Notes: a model not told the origin generated them from the letters alone. A stretch of 64,000 nt of DNA from the human T2T-CHM13v2.0 reference genome, Homo sapiens (GCA_009914755.4 CP086569.2:4320001-4384000); one strand, 5' to 3'; positions 1 through 13,115 are shown, numbered from the stretch's first letter. Translations and numbers: made by a program.

Positions 1-621
1 TCTGCTAGGACAGTTCAGAAGGAAAATGTGGGTTTGGAGCCCCCAAACAGAGTCCCCACTGGGTCACTGCCTAGTGGAGCTGCGAAAAGAGGCCCACCAT
101 CCTCCAGACCCCAGAATGGTAGATCCTCGGTCAGCTTGCACCATGTGCCTAGAAAAGCCATAGACACTCAGTGCCAGCCTGTGAAAGCAGCCAAAAGGGG
201 GGATGTATCTTGCAAAGCCACAGAGGCAGAACTGCCCAAGGCCATGGCCTCTTGCATCAGTGTGATCTGGTTGTGAGACATGGAGTCAAAGGAGATCATT
301 TTGCAGCCTTATGATTTGACTGCCCCACTGGATTTTGGACTCACATGGGGCCTGTAGCCCCTTCATTTTTCAAATTTCCTCCATTTGCAATGGTTGTATC
401 TACCCAATGCCTCTACCCCTATTGTATCTACAAAGTAACTAACTTGCTTTTGATTTTACAGGCTCATAGATGGAAGAGACTTGCTTGGTCTCAGATGGGG
501 TTTTGGAATGTGGACATTTGAATGAATGCTGAAATGAGATAAGACACTGGGGGACTGTTGGAAGGGCAAAATTGTGTTTTGAATTGCGAGAACATGAGAT
601 TTGGGAGAAGCCAGTGGCAGA
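1..621 (+). mobile_element. THE1/MaLR internal region, 3' portion, cut off by the window start
   Basis: Collinear at roughly 80% identity with 6693-7312, the internal region of the complete THE1 copy downstream. It is followed directly by a THE1 LTR. Confidence 0.6.
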
Positions 622-984
622 ATAATATGGTTTGGCTGTGTCCCCACCCAAATCTCATCTTGAATTTTACCTCCCATAATCCCTGCATGTGGTGGGAGGG
701 GTCCAGTGGGAGGTAATTAAATCATGGGGGTGGGTTTTTCCTGTGCTGTTCTCGTGATACTGAATAAGTCTCAGGAGATCTGATGGTTTTACAAGGGTAG
801 TTCCCCTGCACACACTCTTGCCTACCACCATGAAAGATGTGTCTTTGTTCTTACTTCAATTTCTGCCATGATTTTGAGGCCTCCCCAGCCATGTGGAACT
901 GTGATTCCATTGAAATTTTTTTCTTTATAAATTACCCATTCTTTGGTGTTTCTTCATAGCAGTATGAAAATGAACTAATACAAT
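622..984 (+). mobile_element. THE1 (MaLR) LTR, the 3' LTR of the window-truncated element
   Basis: Begins AATATGGTTTGGCTGTGTCCCCACCCAAATCTCATCTTGAATT and ends GAAAATGAACTAATACAA. Length is about 360 bp, and the THE1 consensus hallmarks are present throughout. Confidence 0.75.
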
Positions 985-1799
985 CTGTAAATGTTTTTCA
1001 GGAGCTAGAGCCTGTAATGGGGGCCTCATGACTCTACCTTGTGCCCTATCTTACTGTGGCTGACTTGGTATTCAAGACACAAAACAAAGCCCACTTTACT
1101 CTTTGTTCTTCTCTCCTTAAGCAAAAGGAATGAGTCAAGTTCATGGCTGTGAACTCTACTGTCTGAAGTTGTGGAAGGGATGTTCCAAATATACCCTTAG
1201 CTGCACCATTTGGTTTCTCCTAACATCATGTGCCACCCTACTTCATTGGCTCTAAGCCTGGCTTAGAACTAAGAGTTGTTTAAAAATTGTGGTCCTTGTG
1301 TCCTAGACTGCCTTTCAAGTTTACCTAGGATGCCAGAGAACTTTAGCATACAGTGGTGAGGCTTGCTGAGAAACTCAAATTCTGACCACTGGGATGGGTG
1401 ATTCCCCACTGGCTACCGTGTGTGTGCTGGCTGAGCGCAGTGTAACTATATTCTCCACTGTGACAAGGCAGCACTGAGTTCAGTGTAAACTTCCCCATTT
1501 TCTGTACCCTTTCTTCCCAAAGTGCACAGATTCTCTCTCTGTATAGCTCAGCTACTGCCAGTGGATGGAGGAGGGGTGGCATTGGACAGTCAAGACTGTT
1601 TCTCCTCCCCTTTGTAATGCTTTTTTCAGTAATATGAATATGAGTTTAAAACCATTACTTGGATTGCTCACCTGGATTTTGATTCTAATGATGGTGGTTT
1701 TCTGTGTGCAGATCTTTGTTAAAATTAGTGTTCCAATGGGAATGATGAATGACATGGGCTTCTGTTCTGCTATCTTGCTTGAACCACTCATCTTTCTGT

Positions 1800-1852
1800 T
1801 TTGATTTCTGTTTTTTCTTTTTCTTTTCTTTTTTTTTATTTTTGATTCTGGG
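1800..1852. repeat. T-rich (TTTTC/TTTCT)n low-complexity tract
   Basis: Direct reading: ttgatttctgttttttctttttcttttctttttttttatttttg. Confidence 0.5.
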
Positions 1853-2337
1853 CAATTTCACAAATCCACCAGCATCTGTGCCACAATGCAGAGGTCACAA
1901 TTTATACCGTCGTAAAAATACAAGATTTTCAAGCAGCTGTTTATGTTTCAATATTAATGTATATTTAGAAACAGCTTTTATGATTTAATAAAATGTTAAA
2001 ATTTATTTTATAGCACTGTTACCTAGTTGTGCATACTTCGACATTGCTTTTCTATTTTGGAAATGGTAGCACCTAGATTTAGGTGAAACTGGTTATCATC
2101 ATTGCTAATATTTCTCTTGACTTATGACAATAACAATTACTTTTCAAAAACCCAGTTAAACAACTTTAAAAATCGTATCTTGACAGTTTGAGGTGCATGT
2201 GATGTTATAAATTTCTGGTTCTTATTAACATGAAGTAAACACACTCTATCTTATCTCCCATAGATCAGATTATAACTAAAATCTCTGGACAAAATACTAA
2301 AAGCAATTATTGAAAATCTTAAAAAATAAGAATAAGG

Positions 2338-2756
<419 letters not shown>

Positions 2757-4296
2757 TCATCTCTCATATTGTCCAGTGCAGACTACCATATCTCCCAAAA
2801 TGACAATAAAGAATGAACAGAAATAGCACAGACTAAAACAGTTTGTCTTTAGTAAGAAAACTATATATGGTGTCCCATGTGAGAATAGTTTTTGTGTTTT
2901 GTTTTATTTTTGTTAACTTCCTAGAACTCCCTCAAGTGAGCCCCAGTAATGAAGGCGAAGCAATAGCGGGGTGGCAGTGGGCATGAAAGCACTAAAGATT
3001 CTATCTTGCTGCTTTTCCCACAAATGTATGTATTTCCAAAAGGGGTATGACAGCTGTGAGAAGAAATATCCTTGGCTTTTTAATCAGACCATCAAGAAAT
3101 CGAATCACTGAAAACTAGATAGTTTGAGGGAAATCATTGAAAAAAAAAAGGTATGAGAGGAATAGATACATTAAATATGTATATAATGTCCTGAACTTGT
3201 CTTTAAGTTGAACATGCATAGAAATAACTGGAATAAACATAGGTAAACTTTGAGAACTAGAGCACAGTATACATGACTTGTTCCAGACTAGCCCCAAAGT
3301 GGGATAAACATAGGACAAATCAGAAGAGCAGCGGAAAAACATTTAACATTAAACAAATATTTAAAACACAACCCACAGAAGGGAGTCAGGACTTCTGGTT
3401 TGAACCTAAACAGTTTGACTACTATATAAAACAACAAAAACAAAAAAAAAATCAACATTTTCCAGAAAATTTTAATAGGACACAGAGTCTCCTAACATAA
3501 TATTTAACATGTCCAAGATACAATTTCAGATTATTTGACATATAAAGAACAACAAAAAAAACCCACTTAACTCCCGTGGGACAAGACAATTATCAGACAC
3601 CAACCTTGATGTTTAGAAATGTAATTGCATTAAATAAAATAAAACAGTGAAGAAAGAGAACCAAATAGAAATTTTAGTGCTAAAAAGTACCCTCAAATTA
3701 CAAGAGAGATGTGATAACAGAATGGCATAACAGAAAATAGACTCAGTGAATTTCCAGAAAGGTCCATAGAAATTATTCTATATGAAAATCAAAAATTAAG
3801 ATAGATTTAAAAATTATGAACAAAGCTTCAGGGGTCAATGTGACAATATAAAAAATCTAGCATTTATATATTTTGAGTTTGATTATTATATAAAGAGAGG
3901 AGCAAGAGACTCTTGTAAAAGAATATTTGAAAATATGTCTGACAATTTCTCAATTTTTCTGAAATGTATACATTTCCAGGTCCAAGAAGCTCAGCAAACC
4001 ATAAGAAGGGTAAATTCACAGGAAACTATGCACAAACACATCATAGTCAAATAAGTTAAAGATTTTAAAAAAATCTTGAAAGGAGCCTAAGAAGCACATT
4101 ACACATGTGCAAAGTACAATTTTATTGACAATTTCTCATCACACACCAGGAAGATGAGAAAACTGTAGACTAACATTTACAGAGTGCTTCAAGAAAAGAG
4201 CTGAAAACAAAGAATTCTATCTTCATAAAACATATTATTCAAGACATGAGATAAAAACATATTCCATGTAAAGAAAAGTCAAAAGAGAGAATCTGT

Positions 4297-5125
4297 AGCT
4301 ATACTAATATCTGATAAAATATACTCTATTTGTCCATTTCTGCTTTTGTTGCAATTGCTTTTGGCATCTCTGTCATGATATCTTTGTCTGTGCCTATGTC
4401 CTGAATGGTATTGACTAGGTTGTCTTCCAGGGATTGAATAGTTTTGGATTTTTCATTTAAGTCTTTAAGCCACCTTGAGTTAATTTTTGTATATGGTGTA
4501 AAGAAGGGGTCCAGTTTAAATCTTCTGCATGTGGCTTGTCAGAGAATCATTTACTCATTGCTTGTTTTTGTCAGGTTTGTCAAAGATAAGACAGTTGTAA
4601 GTGTGTGGTCATATACCTGGGTCCTCTATTCTGTTCTATTGGTCTATGTGTCTGTTTTTGTACCAGTACTATGCCATTTTGGTTACTGTAGCCCTGTAGT
4701 ATAGTTTGAAGCCATGTAGGATGATGCCTCCAGCTTTGGTCATTTGTTTAGGGTTGTCTTGGCTATAAGGGCTCTTTGTTGTTTTCATACAAATTTTAAA
4801 ATAGTTTTTTTCTAGTTCTGTGAAGAATCTCAATGGTAGTTTAATAGACATAGCATTAAATCTATGAATTGCTTTGGGCAGAATGGCCATTTCAAGGATT
4901 TTGATTCTTCCTTTCCATTAGCACCAAATGTTTTTCCATTTGCTTATGTCCTCTCTGATTTCTTAGAGCAGTGGTGTAGTTCTCTTTGTAGAGATCTTTC
5001 ACCTCCCTGGTCAGCTATATTCCTAGATATTTTATTCTTTTTGTGGCAATTGTGTATGGGAGTTCATTCCTGATTTGGCTCTTGGCTTGCCTGTTGTTAG
5101 TATATAGAAATGCTAGTGAGTTTGC
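4297..5125 (-). mobile_element. L1 (L1PA/PB-type) ORF2 segment in antisense, the inverted 5' part of a twin-primed insertion
   Basis: The reverse complement matches the L1 ORF2 C-terminal half, roughly positions 4000-4900 of the consensus. It abuts a sense-oriented L1 3' segment. Confidence 0.75.
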
Positions 5126-5419
5126 CCATTAATGATAGAATGGATAGAGAAAATGTGGTACATATACATCAAGGAATACTATGCAACCATACAAAATGAG
5201 ATCATGTCCTTTGCATGGACATGGATGGAACTGGAGGCCAGTATCTTTAGCAAACACAGGAAAAGGACAGAAAACCAAATTTCACATGTTCTCACTTGTA
5301 TGTGTGAGTTAAATGATGATAAAACATGAACACACAGAGGGGGACAAACACACTTGGGCCTTTTGGATGGTGAAGGGTGGGAGGTGGGAGAGGATCAGAA
5401 AAAAATAACTAATGGGTAC
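5126..5419 (+). mobile_element. Sense 3' segment of the same L1 insertion (ORF2 end and 3' UTR)
   Basis: Begins CATTAATGATAGAATGGATAGAGAAAATGTGGTACATATACA, corresponding to the L1 WIKKMWHIYTMEYY region. It is broken at 5419 by the THE1 LTR. Confidence 0.75.
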
Positions 5420-7673
5420 TGATATGGTTTGACTGTGACCCCACCCACATCTCATCTTGAATTGTAGCACCCATAACTCCCATGGGTTGTGAAAGGAGCA
5501 TGGTGGGAGATAATTGAATCATAGGGGCAGGCCTTTCCCATGCTATCCTCATGATGGTGAATAAGTCTTATGAGATCCAATGGTTTCACAAAGGGGATTT
5601 TCCATGCTCAAGTTATCTTCTCTTCTCTGCTGCCATGTGAGATGTGCCTTTCACCCTCTGCAAGGGTTGTGAGGCCCCCACAACCACATAGAACTTTGAG
5701 TCCATTAAATCTGTTTCTTTTGGAAATTGCCCAGTCTCAGGTATGTCATTATCAGCAGCATGAAAACGGACTAATACAGCCAGTATTGGGGTGCTGCTGC
5801 AAAGATACCAGAAGATGTGGAAGCAAATTTGTAACTAAGTAACTGGGAGATGTTGGAACAGTTTGGAGGGCTTAAAAGAAGATAGAAAAACGTGGAAAAG
5901 TTTGGAACTTCCCAGAGGCTTGTTGAATGACTTTGACAAAATGTTGATAATGACATAGACAATGAAATCCAGGCTGAGGTGGTCTCAGATGGAAATGAAG
6001 AAATTGTTGGAAACTAGAGCAAAGGTGATTCTTGTTATATTTTAGCAAAGAGACTGGTGGCATTTTGCCCCTGCCCTAGAGATTTGTGGAACTTTGAACT
6101 TGAGAGAGATAATTTAGGCTATCTGGTGGAAGAAATTTCTAAACAGCAAAGCATTCAAGAGGTGACTTGGGTGCTGTTAAAGGCATTCAGTTTTATAAGA
6201 GAGGCAGAGCATAAAAGTTTGAAAAATTTGCAGCCTGACAATGTGATAGAAAATTCAATTTTCTGAGGAGTAATTCAAGACAGCTGAAGAAACTTGCATA
6301 AGTAAGGAGGAGCTGAATGTTAATCCCCAAGACAATGTCACTAGGACATGTCAGCGGTCTTCATGGAAGCCCCTCCCATCACAAGCTTGGAGGCCTAGGA
6401 GGAAAAAAATGGTTTTGTGGGCCTGGCCCAGGATCCCTGTACAAGCCTAGGGTCTTGGTGCCCTGTGTCTCAGCTGCTCCAGCCAAAAGGGTCCAACATA
6501 GAGCTCAGGCTGTGGCTTGAGAGGATTCAAGCCCCAAGCCTTGGCAGCTTCCACATGATATTGAGCTTGCAAGTGCACAGAAGTCTGGAAATGGGGTTTG
6601 GGAACGTCTGCCTAGATTTCAGAGGATGGATGGAAATGCCTGGGTGTCCAGGCAGAAGTTTGCTGCAGAGGTGGGGCCCTCATGGAGAATCTCTGCTAGG
6701 GCAGTGCAGAAGGGAAATAGGGGGCTGGAGCCACTACACAAAATCCCCACTGGGACACTGCCTAGTGGAGCTGTGAAAAGAGGCCCACCATCTTCCAGAA
6801 CCCCAAATGGTAGATCCATAGACAGCTTACACCATGCACCTGGAAAAGCTGCAGACAGTCAACACCAGCCCTTGAAAGCAGCTTGGAGGGAAGCTGTACC
6901 CTGCAAAGCCACAGGGGCAGAGCTGCCTAAGATCATGGAACCGATCTCTTGCATCAGCATGAACCAGATGTGAGACATGGAGAGAAAGCAGATCATTTTG
7001 GAACTTTAAAATTTGACAGCGATTTTGGACTTGCATGGGGCCTGTAGCTCCTTTGTTTTGGCCAATTTTTCTCATTTGAAACAGGTGAATTTCACCAAAG
7101 CCTGTACCCCCATTGTATTTAGGAAGTAACTAACTTGCCTTCGATTATACAGGCTCATAGGTGGAAGAGACTTGCCTTATCTTCGATGAGACTTTGGATT
7201 GTGGAATTCTGAGTTCATGCTGAAATGAATTAAGGCCTTGGGGACTGTTGGGAACGCATTAATGGTTTTGAGATCTAAGGACATGAGATTTCGGAGGGCC
7301 CAGGGGTGGAATAATATGGTTTGGCTGTGTTGCTGCCCAAATCTCATCTTGAATTATAGCTCCCATAATTCTCACATATTGTGGGAGGGACCCAGTGGGA
7401 GATAATTGAATCATGGGGCCAGGTCTTTACCATGCTATTCTCATGATAGTGAATGAGTCTAATGAGATCTGATGGTTTTATAAAGGGGAGTTTTGCTACA
7501 CAAGTTCTCTTCTCTTGTTTGCCACCATGTGAAATATGCCTTTCACCTTCCACCATAATTGTGTGGCCTCCCCAGCCACGTGGAACTGTTAGTCTATTAA
7601 ACCTCTTTATTTTGTATATTGCCCAGTCTTTACATATGTCTTTATCGGCAGCCAGAAAATGGACTCATACAGG
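5420..7673 (+). mobile_element. Complete THE1 (MaLR) LTR retrotransposon: 5' LTR 5420-5780, internal region 5781-7312, 3' LTR 7313-7673
   Basis: Two direct LTRs of about 360 bp, each beginning TGATATGGTTTGACTGTG / AATATGGTTTGGCTGTG and ending GGACTAATACAG / GGACTCATACAGG. Total length is about 2.25 kb, as expected for THE1. Confidence 0.8.
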
Positions 7674-7795
7674 CACCAGGCTTAATAACTGGGTGATGAA
7701 ATAATCTGTACAATAAATTCTCATGGTACAAATTTACTTATGTAACAAACCTGCACATGTACCCCTAAACTATAATAAAAGTTCAAAATAAAGCA
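7674..7795 (+). mobile_element. Extreme 3' UTR of the interrupted L1 (5126-5419 continued)
   Basis: ..TTACTTATGTAACAAACCTGCACATGTACCCCTAAACTATAATAAAAG.. is the canonical L1 3' terminus. It ends in A-rich sequence before the host L1M resumes. Confidence 0.7.
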
Positions 7796-10024
7796 AGAAA
7801 TAATAGACTTTAAGTTAAAAACTATCAGGCAAATGAAAGGTCACTACATACTAATATGAGGTTGAATTCATCAAGAAGATATAATAATAATATATATGCA
7901 TGGAAAAATATAAAATCTAAATATATAAAGCAAATATTAATAGATCTGAATAGAAAGATAGACTACAATACAAAAATAGAGGATTTCAATACTACCCTTT
8001 CAACAATAGACAGAGTAGAGAGAAAATCAAAAAGGAAATACTGGATTTGAACTACACTTTAAACCAAATGGACCTAACAAACATATATATAGCATTTCAT
8101 TCATCAGTAGCAGAATGTACAGTTTTTCAAGTGCATACAGAACACTTGCAGGGTAGATCATAAATAAAGCCACAAAAAATCTTTAAAACTTTAATAAGAT
8201 TGAGATCATATCAAGTATATTTCTGATCACAATGATTTAAAACTAGAAATTAATAATAAAAGGAATTTTAGAAAATTTACAAATATATGAAAAATACACA
8301 TGTATGTAAATAAACAATGGCTTAAAGAAGAAATTAAAAGGAAAGTTTAAAAATATTTTGAGGCAAGTGAAAATTAAAATACAACATACCAAAACACATC
8401 AAATGCATCAAAAGCAGCTCTATGAGGGAAGTTTAAAACAATAAACATTTATATCAAAAAAGAAGAAAGACAGCAAATACACAGCCTAGTGTTATTCTGT
8501 AAGAAACTAGAAAAAAAAAAAAAAACAACTAGCCCAAAGTTGGTAGAAGAAAGAAAATAGTAAAGATAAGAGCAGTAATAAACAAAATGGAGAATGTAAA
8601 AATAATAAGAAAGATGAGCAAAGCTGAATTGATTTTATGAAAAGATAAACAAAGTGGACAAACTTTTAGCTAGACTAGCTAAGAATAAAAGAGAGAAGTC
8701 TTAAACAAATACAATAAGAAATGAAAAAGAAAACATTACAAGCATTGCCACAGAAATACAAAGTATCATGAGACTACTATGAACAAATATACACCAACAC
8801 GTTGAGTAATGTAGAAGAAATGGATAAATTCCTATAAACATACAACCTACCAAGACTAAATCAACTTCATAGCAAGAAAACAATATGATTTTTATTTTTT
8901 ATGTGCAAAGGATGTAAATTGAATTGGCATTTCTCGAAAGAAGAATTGCAAATGGCCAAGAGATATTTGAGAAAAATGATCAGCATCACTAATTATTATG
9001 GAAGTGCAAATAAAAGTCACAATGTGTTACCACCTCACATCTGACAGAATGGCTATTATCCAAAAGACAAAAGACAACAAATGATGGCAATGATGCAAAG
9101 AAAAGGAAACCCTTGAAAACTGTTAGTAGGAATGTAAATTTGTATAGCCAATGTGGAAAACAGTATAAACATTTCTCAAAATGTTAAAAGTAGAACTAAC
9201 ATGATCCAGCAATTCATTGTCTAAGCAGATATCCAAGGAAATAGTAACACTTTCTCAAAGAGATCCATGTTTATTACATCATTATTCACAACAGTCAAGG
9301 TGTGGAATCAACCTAATAAACATAACATGGTGTATAAGCACAATGGAATACTGTTCAGCCTTTTGGAAGAAGAAAATCTTGTCATTTGTGAAAATATGTA
9401 TGAATCTGTCAAACATTATGTTAAGTGAAATAAGCCAGTCACAGAAAGAAAAAGATCATGTTATCTGACTTATATGTGGAATTTAAAATATCAAACTCTT
9501 AGAAACAGAGAGTAAAATGGTAGTTAGAAGAAGCTGTAGGGAGCGTTGAGGATTGGGGAGATGTTTGTCAAAGGACATAACATTTCAATTAGGAGAAATA
9601 AGTTTGAGACTGATTGTACATAATGGTGACTATAGTTAATAACAATATAACATATACTTGGAAATTGCTTAGAGAGTAGATTTTGTGCTGTCGCCTTCCT
9701 AAAATGATAGGTAGATGAGGTGTTTCCTCTGATACCTGGATTTTGCCTTTCCACAATGTATACGTATATCAAAACATTATTTTGTAAACCACAAATATAT
9801 ACAATTTTATTTTTCAACTAAAAGTAAACAAAAATATCCATTAAGAGTAAAGGCAAAATAAAGACATTCTTAAATGAGGGAAAACTAAGAGAATTTGTTG
9901 CCATTAGATCTGTTTAAAAGAAATTCTAGTGAAAGTCCTTCATGCAGAAAAAGAATAACAGAAGAAAAACAAAAATTTAAGAACGAGGAAATATAAACAA
10001 CATTGGTAAATATAATGTACTATT

Positions 10025-11272
10025 TTAGATCACTTGAGTTCTTTAAATTATGTTGGACAATTTAAAGAAAAAAGATATTATTTTACTGGTATGATTTTGA
10101 GCTTATCAATGTATGTAGATATGATAAATATGACAAAAATGAACATGAATTCTGCAAAAATTGAAGCAAGAATAAACATCAAATTTGTGGTGAAGTTTGA
10201 GTGAAAAAATGATGACATTCATGCTTTACAAAAAATTTATGGGGACAATGCCTCAAAGAAACCAGCAGTTTATGATGAATAACTCATTTTCAGAAGGGAT
10301 AAAAAAAGTTGAAGGTGAAGGCCTCAGCAGCAGACTATCCACATCAATTTCCAAAAAACAAATTCATCTTGTTCACACCCTATTTGGAGAGGACCCACAA
10401 TTAACAGGTGCAATAATAGCCAAAATCATGCACATAGCCATTAGTTCAGCTTACACAATTCTGGATGAAAAGTTGATGTTGAGCAAATTTGTCACTTGAT
10501 GGGTGCCAAAACCATTGCACCCAGGTCATCTGCAGATAAGAGCAGAGTTTTCATTGGAAATGTCAAACAATGGGATGAAGATGCTGAAACATGTATTCAA
10601 GGACTTGTAACAGGAGATAATACATGGCTTTACCAGTATGATCCCGAAGACGAAAGCAATGGCTATCAAGAGGTAGAAGTGTTTCAGTCAAAGCAAAAGT
10701 GGACAGATCGAGAAAAGGTAATGGCAACAGATTTTTCAGATGGTCAAGGCATTTTGCTTGTTAACTTTCTGGAGGGTCAAAGAATGATAACATTCGCTTA
10801 TTATGAGAGTGATTTGAGAAAGGTAGCCAAATGTTTAGGAGAAAACCACTGGGGAAAGCTTTACCAGAGAGTTCTCTGTCACAATTCCCATGCTTATTCT
10901 CATCAAATAAGGAATCCTTTACGAGAGTTTCAATGGAAAATTATTAGGCATCCATCATACAGTCTTGATTTGGCACCATCTGACTTATTTTTGTTTCCTA
11001 ATCTTAAAAAACTGTAAAGGGCACACATTTTCTCAGTTAATTATGTAAAGAAAAGCTGCATTGACATGGCTAAATTCCCAGGACCTTTAAGGCAGAATGA
11101 ATCGACCCAAATCATTGTTTACAAAACTGTTTGGAACTTGATGAAGCTTATATTGAGAAATAAAATTTATACTCTATATTTTTATTTTAAAATATCATTT
11201 TCCATGATCTTTTTGAAGTCCCCTTTTGTGCATTTATACATGTATAAATAAATATATGTATATTTGAAGCCT
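10025..11272 (+). mobile_element. mariner/Tc1-family DNA transposon, Hsmar-like (probably Hsmar2-type); the terminal repeats could not be confirmed
   Basis: Encodes a mariner transposase remnant. It sits in the inter-ORF spacer of L1M element B. The element ends are inferred from where L1M homology stops and resumes. Confidence 0.55.
10176..11017 (+). pseudogene. mariner transposase pseudogene, frameshifted with a premature stop
   Basis: N-terminus KFVVKFE, resembling the RAIFLFEFK helix-turn-helix. EDPQLTGAIIA..KFVT(R)WVP resembles the DNDQLRAIIEADP..KWVPHEL motif. First catalytic TGD(N)TW is present. The second LHDN is changed to LCHN. SLDLAPSDLFLFPNLK matches SPDLAPSDYHLF and is followed by a stop. 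The reading frame shifts by +2 at 10497. Confidence 0.65.
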
Positions 11273-12500
11273 GGAGCAACTGCTAAAGAAAATATGCAAA
11301 TAAATAGAGTTGCAAAGCCAGTATAAAAATAATACAAATAATCTAAAGATGGAGATACAGAATATGCAAAAATAAAACAAATGATGAAATAATAGGCCTA
11401 AGTACAAACATATAAGTAATTACCTAAAATGTAAATGACCTAAGCACACCATTTAAAAGACAAAGATTGTGAGGATTAAAAAACAAAACAAGACTAACGA
11501 TGTGCTGCCTGCAAGAAACCCACATAAACTACAGTTATTAAAAGGATGAAAAGTGGTATGTCATGCAAACACTAATTAAAAGCAACAACCTTGGGATGAG
11601 GTATGTTATATAAAAATAAAATTATTTACTCATCAAGGAGGCATATCAGTCCTAAATACACTTTCACCTAACAAGAGAACATCAGAATCCATGAAATAAA
11701 AGCAAACAAAATTAAAGGAAAACTAGACACATCCACAATTATACTTAGAAATTTTAACAACCACTTCTTAGTTATCAGTAATAACAGCAGATAGAAAATC
11801 AGCAAGAGTATAGAATACCTCAACAACACTATCAGTCAACATAACATAATTGATATTATAGAGCAGACTACTTAACAACAGAAAATCCTCTTTACAAGTG
11901 CACATAGAACATATGCAAAGATGTATCATATTCTGAGTCACATAACAAAACTTATAAATTTTATAATAATTAAAGTCACAAATAGTATGTTCCCTGAACA
12001 CAGTGGAGTTAAGTCAGAGATTTAGAAAGTTATTTGGAAAATACCCACATATTTGTAAATTAAAAACAATTGCACTTCTAAATTAAATAACACATTGATC
12101 AAAAAGGAAGTATTTTAATGAGTACAGGATTTTATTTTGGAATGATGTCAATGCTTTGAAACAAAATAAAGTAAGTAATTACACACCATTGGAGTATTAC
12201 TAAATGTAATTGATTTTGGCACTTTAAAATTGTTAATGGGTTTTTACTTCAATTTTTTAAAGTTTAATTTTAAAGGAAGTGAAAATATTAGAAGCCATTT
12301 TTAATAAATTAAAATAAAAATTAAATTACAATTATTTGACAATATTAGAAAATAATAAAGTTCTCAAATCAATAATTTAAAATTTATGTCTTAACAAACT
12401 AGAAAAGAGAGAATAAACTGATCCAAACTAAGAAGAAGAAAGAATATAATATAGGTAAAAGTAGAATTCAATCCAAAAGTTATTTCTTTAAAAAGATCCA

Positions 12501-12795
12501 GGCCGGGTGCGGTGGCTCACACCTGTAATCCCAACACTTTGGGAGGCTGAGAAGGGTGGATCACGAGGTTAGGAGATTGAGACCTTCCTGGCCAACATGG
12601 TGAAACCCCGTCTCTACTAAAAATACAAAAATTAGCTGGGTGTGGTGGCACGTGCCTGTATTCCCAGCTACTCGGGAGGCTGAGGCAGGAGAATCGCTTG
12701 AACCTGGGAGGCAGAGATCACACTAAGCTGAGATAGTGCCACTGCACTTCAGCCTGGAGACAGAGTGAGACTCCATCTAAAAAAAAAAAAAAAAT
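12501..12795 (+). mobile_element. Alu SINE, full length
   Basis: GGCCGGGTGCGGTGGCTCACACCTGTAATCCCAACACTTTGGGAGGC start and a 15-nt poly(A). Approximate target-site duplication AAAAGATCCA / AAAAATCCAT. Confidence 0.95.
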
Positions 12796-12880
12796 CCATA
12801 AAATAGAAAATATTAAGACTAACCAAGAAAAAAATATACTGTAAGAAACTAGGCCCTGTATTAATAAATATAAATATAGA

Positions 12881-12922
12881 CGCACACACACACACACACA
12901 CATATATATTTATATATATATT
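12881..12922. repeat. (CA)n-(TA)n compound microsatellite
   Basis: Direct reading: cgcacacacacacacacacacatatatatttatatatat. Confidence 0.85.
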
Positions 12923-12924
12923 AG

Positions 12925-13115
12925 TTAAGTGTGGTAATTGACACCTATAGTCTCATCTACTTGGAAGGCTTGGGCAGGAGAATCACTTGAGCCTAGGAGT
13001 TCAAGATGCAGTGAGCTATGACTGCACTCCTGCACGCCAGGGTGGGTTACAAAGAAAGACCTCATATCTAAAAAAAAAAAAAAAAAGAAAAAGAAAGAAA
13101 GAAAGAATGAAAGAG
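12925..13115 (+). mobile_element. Alu right-monomer-like fragment with an A-rich/(GAAA)n tail
   Basis: ..GGCAGGAGAATCACTTGAGCCTAGGAGTTCAAGATGCAGTGAGCTATGACTGCACTCCTGCACGCCAGGGTGGG.. followed by a poly(A) run and AAGAAAGAAAGAAAG. Confidence 0.6.

Larger units (their letters stand above)
3115..9830 (+). mobile_element. Ancient L1 (L1M-type) element A, ORF1 C-terminus to 3' UTR, host of the nested insertions at 4297-7795
   Basis: The ORF1 end and ORF2 endonuclease-region homology stops at 4296 (..AILISDKI) and resumes at 7796 (DFK..TRDKEGHY..) with no loss. An internal deletion near 8878 joins the RT N-terminus to the ORF2 C-terminus. An L1M-style 3' UTR runs to about 9830. Confidence 0.55.

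Noticed and set aside
990-2337. Unique segment between the THE1 and an Alu, with 79-aa ORFs on both strands
   Set aside because: I found no repeat or gene signature. The ORFs are short and overlap on opposite strands. I left the segment unannotated.
6417-6973. 119-aa and 115-aa ORFs in the THE1 internal region as functional genes
   Set aside because: They sit inside an LTR-retrotransposon internal region. I note the frame shared with the other THE1 copy as a finding to test, but I do not call a CDS.
10496-11017. 173-aa ORF as an intact, possibly domesticated transposase gene
   Set aside because: It covers only the C-terminal two-thirds of the transposase and is frameshifted relative to the N-terminal part. 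It has lost the second catalytic aspartate and ends prematurely after DLAPSD...PNLKKL. It sits inside an L1M with no promoter or exon context. It is a pseudogene.
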